A stretch of DNA of 12,919 nucleotides from Promethearchaeota archaeon (GTDB lineage: Archaea; Asgardarchaeota; Lokiarchaeia; Sigyniarchaeales; SOKP01), in the NCBI GenBank assembly GCA_011364975.1, contig RDOE01000088.1:1-12919 (forward strand). The letters are read 5' to 3'. Of the stretch, positions 7,142 to 12,919 are shown piece after piece; within the stretch, counting starts at the first letter, position 1, and each line of letters starts with the position of its first letter. The notes beneath the pieces are model-generated. The model saw only the letters and a list, made by a program, of their open reading frames with translations. It had not been told where the DNA came from and made no database searches. The translations under genes were made by a program, and so were the position numbers.

Positions 7142-8902
7142 ATGGAGAACACAGAAATTAATAAATTAATTTGGATATATGGCTTAAAAAATGCTGTGGA
7201 ATTTAATGGGAAGGCAAATAGTAAGGCTATAATGGGAAAATTAATGATGGAACGCCCAGAGCTTAGGTCTAAAGCAAAAATATATTCAAATGTTATTGAC
7301 AAAATTATTATGGAGATAAATGTAATCGGAATTGAGGAGCAAAGGAAAAGATTGCTAGAATTAGATCCTAGTGCATTTGATCAAGAAAAAAAGCAAGAAG
7401 AATTAAAAGAATTACCCCAATTACCAAAACTAAACCAATATGAAGAAATCATAATGAGATTAGCCCCCTATCCTAGTGGAGCTTTACATATAGGTAATGC
7501 TCGAATGGTAATTCTAAATCATGAATATATTAAACGCCACAATGGAAAATTAATCTTATTTTTTGATGATACAATAGGGAGTCCCAAAAGCCTTAGAGAC
7601 AGTCCTAAAGCAAAATATGTCTTACCAGAAGCATATAATTTGATCGAAGATGGTCTTAAATGGTTAGGAGTTAATTATAATGAAGTTTATTATAAAAGTG
7701 ATAGATTAGAAATATATTATGAGTATTGTGAGAAACTAATTAAGGATAATATGGCATACGTATGCTTTTGTGAAGCAGATATATTTCGAAATAAATACAA
7801 AAATCTAAAAAAAGATTGTCCTCATAGAAACCAATCTATTGAGCACAATCTCCATGAATGGGAAAATATGCTAAATGGAAAATATCATGAGACTGAAGTT
7901 GTTATAAGATTAAAAACAGGTATGAATCAGAAGGATCCTGCTCTGCGAGATCAAATAATTATGAGAATATCTGAAGCAATACATCCACGTGTAAGTGATA
8001 AGTATCGAGTTTGGCCTATGCTGGAATTCTCTTGGGCGATAGATGACCATCTTATAGGAATTTCTCATATCTTAAGAGGAATGGACCTTATTAAAGAAGA
8101 TTTTATTGAAGATTATATATGGGAGCACTTTAAATGGAATAAAGCGCAATTTTTACACTATGGACGTATAAATTTTCCTAACTTAAAGTTAAGTAAAACT
8201 GAATCTAGAAATAACATAATAAAAGGGATATATGAAGGGTGGGAAGATCCTAGAACATGGAGTCTACAATCCTTAAAAATGAGAGGTATAAAGCCAGAGG
8301 CCTTAAAAGAAACATTGTTAGATTTAGGCATGTCTACTACGGGAATTAATTTTGATGAATCATGGCTTTATTCAAAAAATAAGGATTTAATAGATAAAAT
8401 CTCAGATAGATATTTTTACGTAGAAAATCCCATCAGAGTTGAAATTAGTGATGTACCTTTTTCAGAATACAAAGCAGAACCTCTTTTACTTCCTTCTGAC
8501 CCAACGAAAGGAAGGAGAACAATAAAAGTTAAAGCTAAAAATGGAGTTTTAATAATTTTCATTGCTAAGAGTGATACAGTAAAGCTCAAGTCTAATCGAG
8601 TACTACGTTTGAAGGATCTAGCTAATATAAAAATTAAAACTATAAACTTAAAACAGAAAATAATTCATGCCCAATTTCATAGTTTTAAGCTTAACAGGGA
8701 TTATTCAATAATTCAATGGGTACCCGAAGAAAATAAAATAGAAGTAAGTATATTAAAACCTGATGGTTCATTTTCAGAAGGTTATGGAGAGAATAACTTG
8801 ACAAACGTTCCTCTGAAAAAACCTATTCAATTCGAAAGATATGGTTTTGTAAACCCAATTCGATGGAATAATAATAAATTAGAATGTTATTTTACACATT
8901 AA
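7142..8902 (+). CDS. gltX: Glutamate--tRNA ligase, archaeal type, probably non-discriminating
   Basis: MRLAPYPSGALHIGN (HIGH motif), LKWLG, YKSDRL, AYVCFC...CPHR zinc site, DPALRD, WAIDDHLIGISHILRG, KLSKT (KMSKS motif), GWEDPR and QFERYGFV. It also has the archaeal N-terminal helical extension and a beta-rich anticodon-binding region. Confidence 0.97.
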   Translation: MENTEINKLIWIYGLKNAVEFNGKANSKAIMGKLMMERPELRSKAKIYSNVIDKIIMEINVIGIEEQRKRLLELDPSAFDQEKKQEELKELPQLPKLNQYEEIIMRLAPYPSGALHIGNARMVILNHEYIKRHNGKLILFFDDTIGSPKSLRDSPKAKYVLPEAYNLIEDGLKWLGVNYNEVYYKSDRLEIYYEYCEKLIKDNMAYVCFCEADIFRNKYKNLKKDCPHRNQSIEHNLHEWENMLNGKYHETEVVIRLKTGMNQKDPALRDQIIMRISEAIHPRVSDKYRVWPMLEFSWAIDDHLIGISHILRGMDLIKEDFIEDYIWEHFKWNKAQFLHYGRINFPNLKLSKTESRNNIIKGIYEGWEDPRTWSLQSLKMRGIKPEALKETLLDLGMSTTGINFDESWLYSKNKDLIDKISDRYFYVENPIRVEISDVPFSEYKAEPLLLPSDPTKGRRTIKVKAKNGVLIIFIAKSDTVKLKSNRVLRLKDLANIKIKTINLKQKIIHAQFHSFKLNRDYSIIQWVPEENKIEVSILKPDGSFSEGYGENNLTNVPLKKPIQFERYGFVNPIRWNNNKLECYFTH

Positions 8903-9003
8903 TTTTGAATCATAAGTTTTAATTTGAATCTATATTTAAATGATACCTCTTTTATAACAAAAAAAATAAGTATATTTAGATTAATTTTTAATATTGATCC
9001 TAG

Positions 9004-10095
9004 ATGACTGAAAAAGAGCCCTCTAATGAAATTAAAATTAATTGGGTATATTGTCCACTTTGTGGCAGTAAAATACCAAAAGCTGACAATATTAGGTATT
9101 GTATTAAATGCGGTGTAGACCTTCATTATATTAAAACACATATGAGATTACCTCATAAAAGTGAAAATGAACATTCAATTAACACTATTGCGGCATTCGA
9201 ACAACAACAATATCCAAAGTATTTTCCAATAAGTTTAAAGTACAGTGACGAAGATCTTCTTAATTTACAAGATAAAAAATTATGGAGTACTACCGCTTCA
9301 CTAGGGATGACTCTTGCCGCATTTATTTTGATGAATGTAATAGCTGTTTTTATAGCTATTCTCTTTGTTATTTTCACATTTAATTTAGAAAATGCTATCG
9401 AGATATTTCTTAGTCCCTATTTTATTATAATTAGTTCCTTTATTGAAATTGTATTAATAATTGTTCCGGTTATGTATGTTGGTAAATATCTTCAACGACC
9501 AAATATAAAAAATAGATTACAGATTCTCGGTTTTACTGCAGTAGGATTTTCTAAAAATAAAATTCTAAAGGAAATTTTAATCGGGATTGCATTTGCGATA
9601 ATAGGAATCATCCTAGTATATTCAGTATCATTTATAATGGAATTTTTTATGTATTCTATATTCGGAGCCGAAACTATTCAAAACGCAGTGGGAAGTACTA
9701 GTGATGTTGATCTCATTATCACATCTTCTGATTATCTTAGTCTAACTTTATTAGTATTAATCATGATTTTCATAATTGGGACCTCCGAAGAAATACTTTT
9801 TAGAGGATTTCTTCAAAAGGGGTTAGTAAGAAATTTAGGAAAGAAATGGGGAATCTTTATTACTGCATTCATTTTTTCGATTATTCATCTAATTGGTATA
9901 TTTTTAGTACCTCTACCCCCCATTGCCTTTTTAGTATCATTTATATTGAACTTTTTCCCCTTTTTCGCAATTTCCTTACTTTTAGGGTTATTATACGATT
10001 GGAGGAAAGAAAATTTGATAGCTGTAATGATAACTCATGGAGTATATGACGCTCTAACTTTAATAATAGTATTTATCCTTTATACGATGTTTTAA
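9004..10095 (+). CDS. CPBP (CAAX protease/Abi) intramembrane glutamic endopeptidase with N-terminal zinc ribbon
   Basis: CPLCG...CIKCG at the N-terminus, multiple TM segments, and CPBP motifs EEILFRG, FSIIH and HGVYD. Confidence 0.9.
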   Translation: MTEKEPSNEIKINWVYCPLCGSKIPKADNIRYCIKCGVDLHYIKTHMRLPHKSENEHSINTIAAFEQQQYPKYFPISLKYSDEDLLNLQDKKLWSTTASLGMTLAAFILMNVIAVFIAILFVIFTFNLENAIEIFLSPYFIIISSFIEIVLIIVPVMYVGKYLQRPNIKNRLQILGFTAVGFSKNKILKEILIGIAFAIIGIILVYSVSFIMEFFMYSIFGAETIQNAVGSTSDVDLIITSSDYLSLTLLVLIMIFIIGTSEEILFRGFLQKGLVRNLGKKWGIFITAFIFSIIHLIGIFLVPLPPIAFLVSFILNFFPFFAISLLLGLLYDWRKENLIAVMITHGVYDALTLIIVFILYTMF

Positions 10096-10114
10096 AATAA
10101 ATTTAAGATGCTAA

Positions 10115-10972
10115 ATGAACATTCTTGAGAAATTTATTCTTAAAGGGAAGAATAAAAAGGGAAAAATAGGCGTTGGCTTAGCAGATTCGCAGGAACAAAA
10201 TAAAAAAATATTTTCAGCACTAACTAGATTTATTAATGAAAGTTCAATAGATCTATTTCTTTTTGGAAAAAGAGATTCAATTAGGCAAGTGTTAAATCAA
10301 ATAAATTACCCAGATTATAAAGCTCACATTAATTTAATAACATCCACTAATCCTGAACTAGAAATAATTTCTTACCTCAAATTCAATAATATCGATGTTG
10401 CTATAAGGGGAAGTCTTGACTCAAATCTTTTTATTAAGAACATTAAAGAACAATTAGGAATTTCAAGCATAAAAAGACTGGCTCTATTAGAATCATTTAA
10501 GCAATTTCAATTCTTTTTTGGCCCAGTTGGTATTGATGAATGTAATACGTCGGAAAGTAAGATAACTTTTATAAAGAGTGCATTAAAAGAATTAGATTCT
10601 CTAAAAATTAAACCTAAAATAAGTATTTTAAGTGGAGGGAGGTTATCTGATAGAGGAAGGGACTCCATAGTGGATGAGTCGATTGAGAATGCTCTTGAAG
10701 TAGTCCACCATTTTAAGCAAAAATATTCCGATATAACTATTAATCATGATGAGATTCTGATTGAAAATGCGATTAATCATGATTCTAATTTAATAATTGC
10801 CCCAAATGGAATTTCAGGAAACTTAATCTATAGAACATTAGTTCATTTAGGAGGTGGCAAAGCTTATGGTGCTATTTATATGAACAAAATCAAAAATTTA
10901 ATAGATACCTCACGAGTTGCAGATTCTTCAGAAATCTTTGGAGCTTTGCTCCTAGCACAGGCACTAATATAA
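10115..10972 (+). CDS. mtxX: MtxX / methanogen marker protein 4-like protein (phosphate acetyl/butyryltransferase-related)
   Basis: AIRGSL, RLALLE, GPVGIDEC, ILSGGRLSDRGRD, EILIE, IAPNGISGNLIYRTLVHLGGGKAYGA and DTSR match the MtxX family as I recall it. Function is not established. Confidence 0.82.
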   Translation: MNILEKFILKGKNKKGKIGVGLADSQEQNKKIFSALTRFINESSIDLFLFGKRDSIRQVLNQINYPDYKAHINLITSTNPELEIISYLKFNNIDVAIRGSLDSNLFIKNIKEQLGISSIKRLALLESFKQFQFFFGPVGIDECNTSESKITFIKSALKELDSLKIKPKISILSGGRLSDRGRDSIVDESIENALEVVHHFKQKYSDITINHDEILIENAINHDSNLIIAPNGISGNLIYRTLVHLGGGKAYGAIYMNKIKNLIDTSRVADSSEIFGALLLAQALI

Positions 10973-11033
10973 AAAGAATAATTTATACATTTATGTAGTT
11001 TTTTATGTTGAATACAATCCAACAACAATAAGC

Positions 11034-11041
11034 TTTATAAA
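11034..11041 (+). promoter_or_regulatory. Probable TATA box of the Lrp/AsnC regulator gene
   Basis: TTTATAAA matches the archaeal TATA consensus and ends 47 bp before the ATG at 11089. Confidence 0.45.
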
Positions 11042-11088
11042 TTGACATGTCCTCTTTTTAACAAAAAATTAGTAGATCTGGTCAATGA

Positions 11089-12009
11089 ATGGATGAGATA
11101 GATTTCAAAATCCTAAAAATTATAGACAATAACTGTAGAATATCTTATTCTACAATCGCAGAAGAGCTAGATCTTTCTCTCAGAAAAGTTTCTCAAAGAT
11201 TAGATTCTATGATTAAAGATGATGTTATTAAACGGTTTTCTGTACAAATTAATTATAATTGGTTAGGTTTACATCATTATATTGGCTCATTAAATCTCTC
11301 GGAAGAGATAAATATTGACAATTATTATAAAAACCTTCAACTAATCCCAGAAATAAATAAAATCTGGCATCTTTTAGATGGAACACTAATTATCTCTTTT
11401 TTTATAAAAACTGACTTGCATTTAGAGCAATTGATAAATTCAATTTCTAAATCTGGTGCTTCATTCAACAATTATAATGAAATTGTCTATAATGATTCAC
11501 TACAAGATTTATACACATCAACAGATTGGCGTATTATACAATTTTTAATGAAGAATAGTCGAGCTTCAAATAAAGAAATTGCACATAGCATAGGGATAAG
11601 TGCAAAAACAGTTAAACGTAGAATTAATAGAATGATCAATAAAAATTTAATACGATTTACTCCTGAAATAAACTTTGAAGCTATAAAAGGGATGTTCACT
11701 GCTTTAGCCTCTGTAAAAATTGTTAACTCGTCGAAAGAGGCAAATAATAGAATAAAAAATGAGAATACGATAAAGTTTTGGAGAATATCTGAGATACTTA
11801 CACCATTTACAAATGTTTTCCTATATGGAAATAATCTAAAAGAAATCTATGAAATGTTTACAGAAATGAAAAATAGAACCTATATCAACGATATAAAATT
11901 ATCCTTTATTATAAAAAACTGGGAAAATTCTATTATTATCAATAATGCTATTTCAGAGAAATTACAATATGCTGTTGGGTTTAACTATAATAAGAATTTA
12001 ATCAATTAA
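11089..12009 (+). CDS. Lrp/AsnC-family transcriptional regulator with two tandem wHTH-RAM modules
   Basis: HTH 1 is MDEIDFKILKII...RISYSTIAEELDLSLRKVSQRL. HTH 2 is TDWRIIQFLMKNSRASNKEIAHSIGISAKTVKRRINRM. Each is followed by a degenerate RAM-sized region. Confidence 0.85.
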   Translation: MDEIDFKILKIIDNNCRISYSTIAEELDLSLRKVSQRLDSMIKDDVIKRFSVQINYNWLGLHHYIGSLNLSEEINIDNYYKNLQLIPEINKIWHLLDGTLIISFFIKTDLHLEQLINSISKSGASFNNYNEIVYNDSLQDLYTSTDWRIIQFLMKNSRASNKEIAHSIGISAKTVKRRINRMINKNLIRFTPEINFEAIKGMFTALASVKIVNSSKEANNRIKNENTIKFWRISEILTPFTNVFLYGNNLKEIYEMFTEMKNRTYINDIKLSFIIKNWENSIIINNAISEKLQYAVGFNYNKNLIN

Positions 12010-12834
12010 GTGTGGGTCCTCACCCAATCTATATTCTTCATTTATTCTATCAAGAAAAGTAATATCATCTTGGTTAATAGAAAAATCAAAAATATTAGCA
12101 TTTTCTTTAAGATGGTCTAAACTTCCTGATTTAGGAATCTCAACGATGTTATGTTGAATTCCCCACCGAAGTAAAATTTGTGCAGGGGTTTTTCCATACT
12201 TTCTACTTATTTTTTGGAATTTATCGTAATCTAATCTTCGTCCTCTTGTTAATGGACTATATGCTTCAACAACAATACCTTTGTCTTGACAATATTTAAT
12301 TAAATCTCTCTGATAAAGAAAGGGTGATATTTCAAATTGATTAACAGCAGGCATGGTCGAAGATGTATCTAATAACTCATTTATATGCCTAATAGTAAAA
12401 TTACTCACCCCTATTGACCGAGTTTTTCCTTCATTATATAGTTTTTCTAAAGCTTTCCAAGATTCATTTCTTAATGGTGTAGCAGGCCAATGTATCAAAT
12501 AAAGATCAATAAAGTTTAATGTCAAGCGTTTTAAACTTTTTTCAAATGCCTTTAAAGTATTATCATAGCCTTGGTCATAATTCCAAACTTTTGTGGTAAC
12601 AAATATTTCATCTCGAGGCACCTTTGCATCTTTTAATGCGTTTCCAATTTCTCGCTCATTTCCATAAATCATAGCAGTATCTATCAAACGATATCCGATA
12701 TTAAAAGCCCATAAAATTGCCTGATAAGCTTGTTTCCCGCTTAAAGCCCATGTACCGAGTCCAAATATCGGCATTTCAATTCCATTGTTTAATTCAATTT
12801 TAGAATCAATTTTTAAATCCAAATTTAACACCAT
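11998..12834 (-). CDS. Aldo/keto reductase (2,5-DKG reductase/YvgN-like)
   Basis: GLGTW, IDTAMIYGNE (catalytic Asp and Tyr), TTKVW (Lys), LYLIHWP (His), IGVSNF, AYSPL and IPKS. Confidence 0.95.
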   Translation of the reverse strand: MVLNLDLKIDSKIELNNGIEMPIFGLGTWALSGKQAYQAILWAFNIGYRLIDTAMIYGNEREIGNALKDAKVPRDEIFVTTKVWNYDQGYDNTLKAFEKSLKRLTLNFIDLYLIHWPATPLRNESWKALEKLYNEGKTRSIGVSNFTIRHINELLDTSSTMPAVNQFEISPFLYQRDLIKYCQDKGIVVEAYSPLTRGRRLDYDKFQKISRKYGKTPAQILLRWGIQHNIVEIPKSGSLDHLKENANIFDFSINQDDITFLDRINEEYRLGEDPHLID

Positions 12835-12919
12835 AAATAATATAAAATAAATCTGAAAAAGAAATATAAAAATTCTTTTTATAAAACATTAAATTTTCCT
12901 AAGTTTTTGATTGATAGAA

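Noticed and set aside
8899-11699. ORFs 8899-9141, 9153-9377, 9846-10049 and 11487-11699
   Set aside because: They overlap the CPBP or Lrp genes in antisense or alternate frames and show no coding features.
11089-12009. Fused siroheme decarboxylase AhbAB/NirDL
   Set aside because: It lacks the RPF and HNY/HCY-type motifs I expect, and there are no heme biosynthesis neighbours.
1-12919. CRISPR array, IS element, prophage or defence system
   Set aside because: No spaced repeats, transposase, integrase, nuclease or phage genes were seen. The Abi alias of the CPBP family does not imply abortive infection.

Overview
AT-rich archaeal chromosomal window. The gene set and composition suggest an Asgard/Lokiarchaeota-like genome, which is my inference and unverified. 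It carries 13 credible CDSs: a 5'-truncated amidase, a sugar-phosphate nucleotidyltransferase, a hypothetical protein, two HAD hydrolases, a small membrane protein, an alkyl-sulfatase-like MBL hydrolase, a stand-alone Lrp/AsnC RAM domain, archaeal GluRS (gltX), a zinc-ribbon CPBP protease, an MtxX/methanogen-marker-4-like protein, an internally duplicated Lrp/AsnC regulator and an aldo-keto reductase. The main feature missing from the ORF track is a minus-strand tRNA-Arg(GCG) at 3838-3968. It is split by two introns: a 27-nt canonical 37/38 intron with a strict bulge-helix-bulge (BHB), and a 30-nt non-canonical T-loop intron. It also has an unusual A1-U72 pair. Secondary points are an orphan mtxX beside a CPBP protease and a ~30-bp element shared by two promoters. 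I saw no mobile element, CRISPR array or defence system, and no clearly new multi-gene system can be proven from sequence alone.
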